This document shows, piece by piece, positions 1 through 10,952 of a stretch of 38,188 nt of DNA. A program made the position numbers and the translations under genes. The stretch comes from Polymyxa betae A26-41 (Eukaryota > Protista > Endomyxa: Phytomyxea). The first letter of the stretch is position 1. The number at the start of each line of letters is the position of its first letter. Below the pieces are notes generated by a model. It was not told the DNA's origin and ran no database searches. It worked only from the letters and a program-made list of their open reading frames with translations. The stretch spans positions 1 to 38,188 of the forward strand of contig RBZT01000812.1 of assembly GCA_003693705.1 (NCBI GenBank), read 5' to 3'.

Positions 1-1020
1 AGAAAATATAAGTTGATACAAGTGCGAAATCCAGGTCCGAATGAAAAAGGACATCCAGTTGATGAATTGTGCCCATTCTGTATGAGTGGGTATGATAAAA
101 ATGAAATAATTGAAATGCTTTAAAAATGACAAATGGGATTTTGGGGGAAAGAAATATACACCTTCGTCTTTTTTAACACTGATATTGAGAACGTAGGTTC
201 TATCAGTCAATCATCTGAACGAATATCTAATCTGTGTAAGCTGGGTTCAGCCATTACGTTGATTTCATCCAACACCTGCCTGGCTCTTGTACGATCTCAT
301 TAGTAATGTTTCGCTGCCGATCTACCTGCATATTCCAACATCATTACCAATAATATTCAAGACAATGAAGTAGTCCAGTCCAGCCTTCGATTGATGAACT
401 GCAACTCTTTTTTTAATGAATATTCCAGTAAGATGGAAATGCTGAGAAAGTTGAAGGACATCTATATCCAGGTCTAAGATCGCTAATGGTCAGGTACTTT
501 GAACATATAGACATCTGAGACCAATGATGAGAACACTCTCTGGCATATGGAAAGTTCAATAAATCTGCTAATTATCTCCAAACTGTACATACAACAGCGA
601 AATGATTCAACATTCACAGAGTTCGTCCAATCAGCGGAACCAGTACGACCATGTCACCTTCCATTCGGTGATTAGAAACGAGATGATCAGCTTGAACCTG
701 TATGTACATGACCATAGGAAACAACCTGGCATCTGCGACCGTGTTGGACCTGAACATTGCCGAGCCGGATGCTATTCAGCTCGGCGTCCGATTACACTGG
801 ACATATTTGCATTTGGAGATGAGGAGAACAGATCACAACAAAATTTGAGTGAGATCTATCGTCCTATACTGACTTTTGACTGAGAGAGTGATCCCTGACG
901 ACTTTCACCATAGGCTACAAGCTAAAGCTAGCAGACCCTCAGCCTTGGCCTAGGTACCTATACTGTAATGACGTGCTGGAAATTGGAGGGCGGCCTGTTT
1001 TCCGCCAGCGGAAGAACGAG

Positions 1021-1121
1021 ATTCCGCGCATTTTATACCGTAAACACTCCGCACTTTTTTATACATAAACATTCCGCACTTTTTTATACATGACCATTCC
1101 GCACAGTTTTATTACATGACT
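1021..1121. repeat. Tandem repeat, 4 copies of a ~25-bp unit (consensus ATTCCGCACTTTTTTATACATAAAC)
   Basis: Units start at 1021, 1046, 1071 and 1096; each is near-identical to the consensus. Confidence 0.9.
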
Positions 1122-1272
1122 AAAATTATAGGTCCTGCTGACAGAACACTGGAACAGTCATTTTTGGCGTGCATCATAACTGTATAGTCACTATCGGATC
1201 GGCTGCGCTGCGCTGCCACGTGATTTTTTCATTCCTTGTGGGCATCCTCATAGTGAAAGTGCCGCTAGCCAA

Positions 1273-2049
1273 ATGGAAGGAGAAATGAACAACCCAGAAA
1301 CCCTGCTCGAGATCATTCGAAAGCTGGAAGCAGCATCCAGCAAACCCCTTTTCACCCCTGAGCAGCTCGATAGAGCTCTAGCAGCCGTTGCTTCTTTAAG
1401 GCGTCCGCCCACACCTGACCCAGATTTTGATTTAGATGAACCAGCGCTCCTGGTTCAGGCCATATATTCGGAATATGTTGATCTGTTAGAAGACGATCCG
1501 ACCTGGGGTGACAGGGTTACGAATTGCATCGATTTCGGTTTCCGGCCGCGTTTCATTCAAGAATTTGGATATGCAATATTCACTGCCGAAATCGTCGACT
1601 CCTTAGCCTCGCTGTTTTGGAAGCCGGCAGTGGAACCGGATGGCTTGCTGCAGAATTGACGAAGCGAGGCGTCGATATTGTCGCTGCCGATCATATCGAT
1701 TACCGCAAGCCTCCTGCTGATCATCAACAATATAACTTCCGTCGTGTCTATCAGCTGGACTATCATGGCGATGCTGTAAAACTGCTTCCCGGCGAATTTG
1801 ACGTCGTCTTGATGATCTGGCCGAATCTCAATAACAGTTTTGCTGCTGATGTTGCGAAGGCTATGCGCCCTGGTCAGATGATGATATACGAAGGTGAAGG
1901 ACCATATGGTGCCACTGCTGACGATGCATTTTTCGAAATCATTGAGAGTGAATTTGAGTGTCTCGATTCTTGAATCGGATGCTTTGAATGACAATCATCG
2001 CGTGTTCACCAGCTTGCATGATTATTGGCAAGTGGTAATCAAGAAATAA
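1273..2049 (+). pseudogene. Intronless class I SAM-dependent methyltransferase with two frameshifts
   Basis: The first frame (...FGYAIFTAEIVDSLASL) switches at ~1612 into VLEAGSGTGWLAAEL (SAM motif I), then DIVAAD, GDAVKLL, DVVLMIWP and IYEGEGPYGATADDAFF. After TGA at 1971-1973, a shifted frame gives ESDALNDNHRVFTSLHDYWQVVIKK* (stop at 2047-2049), which looks like the natural C-terminus. Neither shift has room for an intron. Confidence 0.75.
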
Positions 2050-2628
2050 TTTATTATCGATGAATGAATCTACATTGACAAGTAATACTATAATCCTAAT
2101 GAAGATATTTCGTTTCACGAAAACCTGACTCCCCAATTTAATGGAGCAAATTCTCGGTTGCATCAACTAAAAGATAGAATCCCTTCATTCCTTCAATATA
2201 TTTTCATAATAATGCAAAATCAATTATGATCGCAAAATCTCATAAATTGCCAAAGGCGTGATGAACTTCCTGCGGGCATTAAAGAAGCTCCTTCATAGCT
2301 CTCTCAGGTAATGACAATGATGCTACAATGCACTTTCGCCAGATCAAAGCACGAAACACTACCAGCGATATCACAATGACATTGCAAATCTACACAGCCA
2401 AGATAGTATTCATCTTTTCTCATGAGATTGCATACCTGTCGTACTATGAACCTTAGGACTTTGCATTGATCGACGTCGTTTCATTAGAAATATTTGAGTA
2501 GAGCAGGTCAGACTCGAGGCTAGACCAAGTATGGTGTCGGTTAAGAAGTCGAGCTCCAAAGCCATACAGATATGATCGGTGATGTTGATGATCATCTTAT
2601 TTCATTCGATCAGAACCGATATCAAATA

Positions 2629-2670
2629 CATTGTAAGAGATCAGCCATGCATTGTAAGAGATCAGCCATG
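2629..2670. repeat. Perfect 21-bp tandem duplication (CATTGTAAGAGATCAGCCATG x2)
   Basis: Copies at 2629-2649 and 2650-2670. Confidence 0.9.
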
Positions 2671-3468
2671 CGGAAGACCTGCAGGAATTCACTAATACTC
2701 GCTTTTGCAGTTACTGATCAACGCTTTGAAAACATTGCTGCCTTGAAGCCCTTAAAGTTGGACATAACCTCATGTTCTTGCAGATGGAGTGACGAGTGAT
2801 GGATATAAAGTCACCTGGGACCAACATGGCCCCAGTCCTGAAAACAGAAGAATCATGGCTGTCTGCAAGCCAGATTCTATCAAGTTTTAGGACCCAAGGC
2901 GTTAGTAAGGACTGAAGGTATATCAGGTGAGGCTATAACACTCATGAGGCGCAACCCTCCCCCATCATTATCCAACTTCATTTATCTTTTATGAGATGCA
3001 ATTGATACGTCCCTAACCACATCCCCTAGTCTGGCTCTGTAAATTTAGCTAGAAGTTTAGTCCTTCCGGCTGGTTCCATTACGAACAATACAAGTTTGGT
3101 ACTCAGGGAGGAATGCTGGATGTTAGCAGTATGAAAGTTTTCAACTACCGTTGCATGCTGTATATCTGGCTGAATGGTTAGAAACAAGATCGAGACCTAT
3201 TTGAACCATGATCGAGATTATGGTAGAGTTTGAGCTTGCTCTCGTTGACCAATTCTGATCTCATCATGCATTGATCGAGAAAGATGGCGATCAAAGGAGC
3301 ATCTATGATAGAGATGTTCGTCTGCAGCAGTGGAATTTTTCTTATGTAGAAATATCAGTGATATTTCAGATCAGGCACTGTATCTGGTACACTTTGGTAT
3401 CGAATAGGTTCCACGTTATACAGGCCATAATCAATTTCTTTTCCTGTCTAGGCATTATACCAAGCAAA

Positions 3469-5151
3469 ATGGACGTCCAATATAACATAACCAGCATTAA
3501 TAACACAACCGATTCTGGTGAATCTCATGAAGTGGCATTACCTCCCGAAACCGCTCTTCAGCTACAAAGCTCATTACAGGCTATTATGATTGCAACCATA
3601 CTTATTGGTATTACATCAATGATCTATCTGCATAGTAATCGTCGTGTTCGTAAACGTATTTATGGTCCATTAGCATCTGGTACAAGTAATCTGATGATGT
3701 TTATGGTTGGTATTGGACTTGTCATTGTTGCTCTGTTTCAATTCTCTGCTATCACATTCCATGACGTACCATGTGTTCTACATAGTGTTCTAAGTACATG
3801 CCTCATTCCAATCTCTGGGACAGTATTCCTGCTTCGTGCATGGGTTCTGGTCGTACAGTTTGCTCGAGTACATGAACAACTACGTTGCATGAAACTGTAT
3901 CAGGTGCCAGTTAATCGTCGTGCTGAACTTGAGAATCAGCCTCTATCATTATCTACACGTATTGGTATCTGGATCACATCGCACCCGACCGTAATGGACC
4001 CACGCCTGCTAATTCCCATCTGTATTATATTCAGTATTATGATGTGGATTCCATCTGTTATCATTGAAGCTCAAAACCAATGTGATCATGAAATACCGAA
4101 TCGATGGAATGATTCCAATGTATTCATATTCTTAGTTCTAGCAGTGCTATTAGCTACCCAATTACATGGAATGATTGATACAATTGGTATTCGTAAAGAG
4201 CTGCAGATTGTGGCTGCAGTCTTCGTTATGACGCAGATGTTCCAGATGGTTATTGACATTTTACAGCATTCGATTAGCTGGAATTTCGATCAAGATGCTC
4301 ATGGTCACGATGAGGAGCACGGCGTCGAGCTGGCCTTCTCGTTCTGGTACAAGCACACAGTCGAGTCCATCGAAATCCTGCTATTGATCATAGTGGCCGT
4401 TGTACATCCAGCATTTGGAATATTCATGCATAAGGATAGATTCTCTTCCAGTACGACAGTTCAGCAGCAATTACAGCAGGTAAGTTCATGCAAAGTTTCA
4501 CTCTGTGTCTCTCTTGTGATCGGGATCATATCGTCTCTGTTGTGTTTTGTGTTATATCAACATTATTTTGTTGGCTGAATTCAAGTCCAGATCCTGAACG
4601 ACCGTCGACTAAAGGAGGAATTCCGAGAATTCTTGCAACGCGAGTTCAGCATGGGTTAGTACGACCTTGTTCATGTTTGACAATGTACTAACATCTTTGT
4701 AGAAAATCTCACATTTTATGACATGGTTGCATCCGTATCATCAGAGTCACGGACTCTATCACCATCGAGTTCTGAATCTGTATTGAATTTACAACATACT
4801 CTAATTGATATCTATCAAGATTTTGTTATTGAATCTGGCAGATTTCAAGTCAATCTGTCTAGTGGTGACCGACAAAAAATTGAGAAAATCATATCCGAGT
4901 TAAAAGCAGCTGATAAAACGTCGGTAGATCAGCTGAACACTTTGATCAAGGCCTGTATAGGAATTTACAGCCAAGCTCAGAATACGATCTTCAATCTCAT
5001 GGCTACAGATTCATTACCAAGATTTTTACGAGATCGTGCTGAGGATAACGGTTCAAAATCTTACAACTCCGTTGTTAAATCTGGTCTATCAACTAATGTG
5101 AATGTTACTACTATGAGACCAACAATAAGTCTAAGCAATGCTGGTGTCTGA
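3469..5151 (+). CDS. 7TM-RGS protein (seven-transmembrane domain fused to a C-terminal RGS domain)
   Basis: ATG at 3469 (MDVQYNITSINNTT, with N-glycosylation sequons), seven hydrophobic segments, and a DTIGIRKELQ loop before TM6. Removing introns 4480-4590 and 4655-4702 (the latter has a TACTAAC branch site) gives the RGS motifs ILND..LKEEFREFLQREFSMENLTFY, IYQDFVIESGRFQVNLS and AQNTIFNLMATDSLPRFL. Confidence 0.88.
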
Positions 5152-5909
5152 AATCTCACAAATTTCGCACACATTTTTCGTATTGTAAACCATGCCTCTA
5201 CTCAAATTATCGTAAAGAGCTATACGTAGGAATCAATCGTTGTAACAGAGTGTTGAATCAGGTCAGGGAAACAAATGGATTTGAAGTTGTAATACCTCCT
5301 GGATCTGGTCGAGCTGGCTCTGTCCTGATATTTCAACCCTCAATTTTGCAATTGCAGATTTGATTAATAGTGATCCTGTAACCATGCAGCGAATTGTTCA
5401 GCCGATGTGGCTGTCGTCGTTCTGCCTCTAGCCGTAAAGCCTGCTGATCCATGATCTGATACGCTGGACTTTGTCAATGGTGATCGTGGCCTGGCATTCT
5501 TCACAATCTGTTCCATAGGTGTCGCTGGTCGCCCGGATGCTGATGTTGATAGTCTTGTCGATGACGAGCAAATCTCAATCAGCCGCTCCGATAGTCAGCA
5601 GCTTAACATCATTGACGGCTTTCGCCAAGCGAACGAGCACGAGAGAACGCTGAGCTGTCAGGACAGCTACTTCATTCAGCGACATTCACCTGTAGATTTG
5701 TGAGTCACCTCCCAGCTTGATGCAACCAGCAGTAGGTTGGTTTCGAGATAGAATAAGATCAGATTTATTAAGAGGAGAACCAATCAGTGAACAATGACTT
5801 GGGCGCGTCAGATTCCTTCAACGATAGAGCATCGTTCTGGCATATTAAGACGAACGACTTGCTGCGGAACTCCAAGATGCATCTTTTCCAACTCGATCAA
5901 TGGGCCTTG

Positions 5910-6275
5910 CTAGTGATCATCGAGAAAGAAATCGAGATGGAACGAAGAGAACAGATCGTCATACGTTAATCGTTCGGAATTGAAGATCGGCGGAGTCGCC
6001 GGCAGCTCCTCATCAATCACGTTCAGGCTCGTCTCCGTCCTCAGGTCGTCGGCGTCGTCGATGCCGAACCTCTGAGCAGCAGCGATCTCGTTGATCTGTC
6101 CCATGCACAGGGCTTGAGCGTCCCGAATCAGAACCGACAGGCGCGCCACCATCTCCAACGACGACCGAATCTGGCTCAGGGCTGGATTGAGATCCATGGC
6201 GGTTTCATCAATGTTATCGGCCAGCGGGCATGTGGGGATACTGGCCCTCCCACCCCAGAGTCGGCTTGGGCCCAA
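5910..6275 (-). CDS. Hypothetical protein or gene relic
   Basis: 121-aa ORF with GC-rich, coding-like composition but no recognisable motif. Confidence 0.25.
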   Translation of the reverse strand: MGPSRLWGGRASIPTCPLADNIDETAMDLNPALSQIRSSLEMVARLSVLIRDAQALCMGQINEIAAAQRFGIDDADDLRTETSLNVIDEELPATPPIFNSERLTYDDLFSSFHLDFFLDDH

Positions 6276-6731
6276 TTCCCGCGATCGAGAATCTTCGAGA
6301 GCCGTTTAAATCCCAGGTGAACGAATCGAAGAAGATTCGAGCATATAGCTTTCTGGGAACGGTCACGAGAGAACGGACGTCATAACGACGGTGTCCCCAG
6401 GTTGGTGTTCCATTCAACGAGCCAGGCTGCGATGCCGATTCGTAATGACCAGACGGAATCATCAAAGAGAGGATCTGGCTTCAAGAGGCGCAAGAACGTC
6501 AAAAACTGCGAGAAAGTTTTCAACTTCCAAAACTGCGCAATCGTAAAAATATTGCTGTGAAGCGGCCTGTATGAAGTTTAGTGCGGTAACGTGCTTGAAT
6601 GACCAAAGATGAAAATTGTAACAGCAACCGGCTCCATTTTATAGTGAGGTTGCTATGCAGCAGTGATCATGCGCCATCACGAAGTCGTCGTCTGTTCAAA
6701 CCTCCTTCGTCTTGCTGGCTGTTAAAGTGCG

Positions 6732-8021
6732 ATGCGCACAACGCCGTTCGCGGCCACAGAACAAATGTTGAGCTGGAGGCAGTCCTCCTGGGCCCTGCGA
6801 TACATCCGCTCGTCGTCAATCGCCGCTCGAAAGGCTCTGAATATTCGAATCGTCCAATGCCGACGACCAGGCGACTTGATCAACCTTCTCCGGAAGGAGA
6901 CCACGACCGATGCCGGGCTCGCCCATCTAAACAACGTCAATCTGTGTACGAGTTTCCATCGTCTGGCGAAACTCGGCGTTCCGTCATGGACTGATGTCCC
7001 TTCCGATATCAGATCTGCTCTGGTTGGTCGTTTGCAAGAACAGGAGCGTAAGCAGCCTTTGGAACTCGTCGGCGTCGTGCTGAAATTGTTCGAATAGTGG
7101 AGCCTTTACATCTGGCGAATCTGTTATGGGCGTTCTCTCTGATGCAAAAGACGGTGTTCAGCAGCGACGGCGTCGAGGAGCGCCTCTTTGAAAGCCTGCT
7201 TCGGCTGATCGAAGAGAATGTGTCGCACATCGAGCAGCCGCAGCTGCTCAGCAACATCGTTTGGAGTCTGGCCCGTCTAGGACGGAACCCATCGTCGCTC
7301 TTAGAGCGTCTTAGCGATCATCTCCTCCATCTGCTGAATAAGGCCGATCTGCAGGCACAGCCCGCTGCCAACCCGACCGCCGGCTTCGATATTCAAGAGC
7401 TGTCCAATACGATCTGGGCGTTATCGAAGCTCGATGCCGGCTCGCCCGAGCTCTTCGATGCCATGGCCAGAGCCGTCCCAGCTGTCTTCGCCAAAGACCC
7501 GAAGACGATCACTGCCCAGGCCTTAGGCAACATCTGCTATGGTAACGGCTGCTGCCTCTCTATCGATATCTGCTAAACTCCAGAAAGGTTTTGCCAACTC
7601 CAAGCACAGCTCAGAAAACGCCAACAAGTTCGTGTTTCGGTCTGTCGCGAATTATATCGAACCGCTGCTGCCGTCGTTCTCGGAACAGGCGTTATGCAAT
7701 ATCGCCTGGGCGCTGGGTAAGACAAACATCAGCGTCCCGAAGCTTCTTGGACATATCACGTTGACTCTGGAATCGCGTCCGATCGAATCAGTGTCGCATC
7801 ACATCGTCGTTCTATGGGCGTTATCCAGGACCGGATTCTTCAGGGAGCCCTTCTTCCTGTTGTGTGTGAAACGATTCCCAGAAAGGCTTCACGAGTTCAA
7901 GGATAAGGAGCTGGATAGCTGCCTGAGGTCGTTCAAGACGGCCGGCGTTCATGCGCCGAAACTGATCGGCGCCATCATGCAAGAAGCCGACAGGAGAAAG
8001 ATCACCTTGACTAATGTATAA
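6732..8021 (+). CDS. OPR/RAP-family (FASTK-like) helical-repeat RNA-binding protein, probably mitochondrial
   Basis: Three ORFs join in frame through introns 7048-7097 and 7542-7587. Repeated motifs: PLHLANLLWAFS, PQLLSNIVWSLARLG, FDIQELSNTIWALSKL, AQALGNICYGFA, FSEQALCNIAWALGK. The N-terminus is Arg/Ser-rich and acid-poor, like a transit peptide. Confidence 0.8.
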
Positions 8022-8448
8022 ATACTCAGCTACGTTGATTATACGAGGCGAGAGAGAACAGAATCGGAATTTTGGAATGTTGCTGGACCTTGAACCGACT
8101 TTGGAAGGCGATTGAAATTCTGGGATCGTCGTCTCTGCGACAATCCAATTTCGATTCGCAGGGTCGGCGGTTTGCGAGTCGCCAAGATCTATGATGACGA
8201 TGAAGAAAGTGTGACCATCAACGATAAACAGGGCTATTGCGAATAGTGGTCTTCCAGCCTTGGAGATCATTCCGATCTAAAAGGCGCTTATTGCCACGTT
8301 TTGCTGATTTTTTGGATCTCCCCAGATGTCTCCAGCCAGCCGTTTTCATCTATGGAATCGCATCCTTTACAGCTGTGGACAGAAAGCAATCTCCATCAGC
8401 CGTGATATCGGTAGTCTCTTATAAAGAACTTGTAAATTAATTGCAGAA

Positions 8449-8995
8449 TTACATATCGAGGAACATCTGGTTGTCAGGATTCTGTTGCCTGTTGACCTCC
8501 TCTTTAAGCTTATCACGAATCGTGTCGAACTCTCGGCGAAGATCTCGTATAGCGAACTTCAATGCCGTATTGGGAGCGACTCGTCCGTTCGTACGAAGCT
8601 GCAAATCAAACTGAAAAGAGCAAAATATTGAATCACACCGAAATTCATAGAAAAACGCTGCCAACCTGATGCTTAAGAGGATGAGGTACTCGATATCCAG
8701 CAAACAGAACGTTCTTGTCCTTATGCAATTGCCTGAATGTCAACATCAGAGCGCCGTTCGAAAAAAGGAATCAAAACGGTTGCTTCCAACATTCTTAATA
8801 GGTTGCCCAATGTATGGTCCTCCTTCAGAATCGTGTATGTTGAGGCATTCGTCATCTTCTCATCGACCTTGATGAACACCCTATGACCGAGCTCTAAGCC
8901 GAACCCTAACCAGAGCGCCAACAAGCCCACCGTTTATCATGCTCCTCACCCGACCTGAACAGATCATATTGATCGGGTGTCTTGTTCAATGCCAT
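8449..8995 (-). CDS. RPB11: DNA-directed RNA polymerase II subunit RPB11
   Basis: Four exons splice to [81 protein letters not shown]...; the KEDHTLGN and FAGYxVPHPL signatures are present. Confidence 0.95.
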
Positions 8996-9055
8996 TCCGA
9001 GAACGAAACTAAAATTGCTGATCCCGGACGCATTCGATTGAATTAAACATGCAAA

Positions 9056-9183
9056 CAATGTGCGCAACAGGCGCACTTTTGGAAAAGAGGGATTCATACA
9101 ACGTGCGCACCGGGAGCGGATTGGAAAAGAGGGTTTCTAGCAATGTGCGCCACGGGCGCGGTTTTGGAAAACCGGGTTTGGAG
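9056..9183. repeat. Degenerate 42-43-bp tandem repeat (3 copies) in the divergent RPB11/HIU hydrolase intergenic region
   Basis: Units start at 9056, 9099 and 9141 and follow CAAYGTGCGC...TTGGAAAA...GGG. Confidence 0.8.
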
Positions 9184-9205
9184 AAGATTTTTTCAAACAA
9201 CTGCG

Positions 9206-9720
9206 ATGCAGTTATTACCCAAATGGCGACTTAACAGTACGATCCACCTATCATACCGAAGCATCTTTGTTCCCTGCTCTTAATCAGCCATGATAACGAG
9301 TCACGTTTTGGATATCGCCAAAGGCAAGCCTGCCACTGGCATCGAGCTCGAGCTGCAGAGGAAGGACAATAATAGCGGCGAATGGAATCAGGTTTCGAAT
9401 GCGACGACCAATGACGATGGCCGGGTCTCTGACCTCCTCGTATGTGCAGCCAAACACGTTTATTTTCATTCTCTCTCAAGACGATTTTTTCCTGAATTTT
9501 CGACTTTTAGAATATCAAGGAAAGGATCCCGCTCAGCGCTGGAACGTATCGGATCGTATTCAAAACCGGGTCGTACTTGACATCAGCACATAATCAAACG
9601 GAGCCTTTCTATCCAGAAATCATCATCGCCTTTCAAGTCGGTTCGCATCAGATCCAGCAACATTTCCACATTCCACTTCTGCTTTCGCCATTCGGATTCT
9701 CCTCATATCGAGGCAGCTGA
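9206..9720 (+). CDS. URAH: 5-hydroxyisourate hydrolase (transthyretin-like protein)
   Basis: ITSHVLDIAKGKPA, TNDDGRV, intron 9440-9510, FYPEIIIAF, then HFHIPLLLSPFGFSSYRGS* with the diagnostic C-terminal YRGS. The start is either 9206 (via intron 9237-9287) or 9290. Confidence 0.95.
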
Positions 9721-9724
9721 TTAT

Positions 9725-10105
9725 TTATACATCAGACCAGGTGATCTTTCTTCCTTCGGCTTCTTGCATGATGGCGCCGATCAGTAATGAACGTCCGCCA
9801 TCTTCATCGACGCATCCAAGTCTGCTATCCTTCAACTCGTGAAGCCTTTCTAAACAAACGACGATGAAATGCGAATCAGATTCGATCGGGCGCGATTTTA
9901 TCGTCAACGTGATACTCCCGAAAAGCTTTCGGGATATTGATTTTTGTCGTTCCCAGCGCCCAGGCGATATTGCTGTCCGAGAACGACGTCGGTAGCGGCT
10001 CGACGTAATTTGAAACAGATATAAGGCACGATCGTTATGCAGCATCCAAGCTGTAGCTTACCAACGCCAACTGCTGCTGTCGTAGCAGTAACCGTAACCC
10101 GAAAC
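9725..10105 (-). pseudogene. Inverted, deleted and frameshifted partial copy of the 3' part of the OPR gene at 6732-8021
   Basis: ITLTIKSRPIESDSHFIVV, ERLHELKD and LIGAIMQEAEGRKITWSDV match ITLTLESRPIESVSHHIVV, ERLHEFKD and LIGAIMQEADRRKITLTNV. DNA blocks such as GCAATATCGCCTGGGCGCTGGG are shared. Confidence 0.88.
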
Positions 10106-10952
10106 GATCATCTGACATATTGATTTACTTGTTTGTTGTCGCCACGTGATTATTCGTCCTGTTTATATAGTTTCGAAGCCAAAGCACCAGATATACATAA
10201 AGGGTGCCTCATTTCGTGATATGCGATCACTTCTTGGCTCCGTTTAAGATGCATTTCATTGTTGCTGATGAGATGAAGCTAGTAAGCTAAGGATGATCTT
10301 GGTTACGGGCGGTTTGGCGAAGTTCAGAGAAAAAATCTCGCCTTGGTGATGTCTTCTTTGCATCGATGAGGAGATTACCCGAAGTCAGAAAATCAAATCA
10401 AGCAAATCCTCGCCATATTTCGGACATGTCTCGCCTAGATTGCTGAGATCATCTTTGGCTAGTAAACTTGAGAGTGATTGAGCATTCACATGAGATGATT
10501 GCTCTCTATGTTAACAGTATTCGTAATGGTTTTATTCCACCTAACGAAAGCGATTCATTTATGAAAAGATTACAACAATATCATGAGAAATCGCTTTGTT
10601 TCCAAGGAGGTCAATTCGTCATCTTTCGGAATCTAGCAGCTCTGAGCTGGAGATTCCGGAATGAACCCTTTAATGCAGTCGTGAAGTGAAGTCACCTAGC
10701 TAATAAAACGGAAGTTTACTGCAAACCTCTTTTTGATTGACCTTCATGTATAAAAAATTAGGAATCAATATGATTGAGATATGATGGACTGAAAGCACAT
10801 TGAACTCATCCGAGCTGAACAACGAAATAATGCTGTAGCACTATACAGTACGATCTTGACATATCGTGCTCTTCATAGTTTGAAATCCAGCAGTTTGTGC
10901 TCTGGCCTACTTTATCTCGTTCAAATTTGATGCATTGCGCTTGCTGCCTTCA

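Noticed and set aside
1-123. Open frame ending ...DELCPFCMSGYDKNEIIEML*
   Set aside because: Too short and truncated; a single CxxC does not support a gene call.
602-883. 93-aa ORF
   Set aside because: No recognisable motif or splice-supported extension.
2830-2876. Minus-strand WLADSHDSSVFR, resembling the Harbinger/PIF transposase WPGSxHDSxVF motif
   Set aside because: No other DDE motifs in frame; likely chance.
3271-3468. N-terminal extension of the 435-aa ORF from a TTG start
   Set aside because: Non-ATG start; the ATG at 3469 gives a more plausible receptor N-terminus.
9056-9183. Spaced repeats superficially like a CRISPR array (also 1021-1121)
   Set aside because: The repeats are contiguous with no unique spacers, there are no cas genes, and the context is eukaryotic.
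10291-10330. LGYGRFGEV, resembling a kinase glycine-rich loop
   Set aside because: A stop follows shortly, and there are no VAIK, HRD or DFG motifs.
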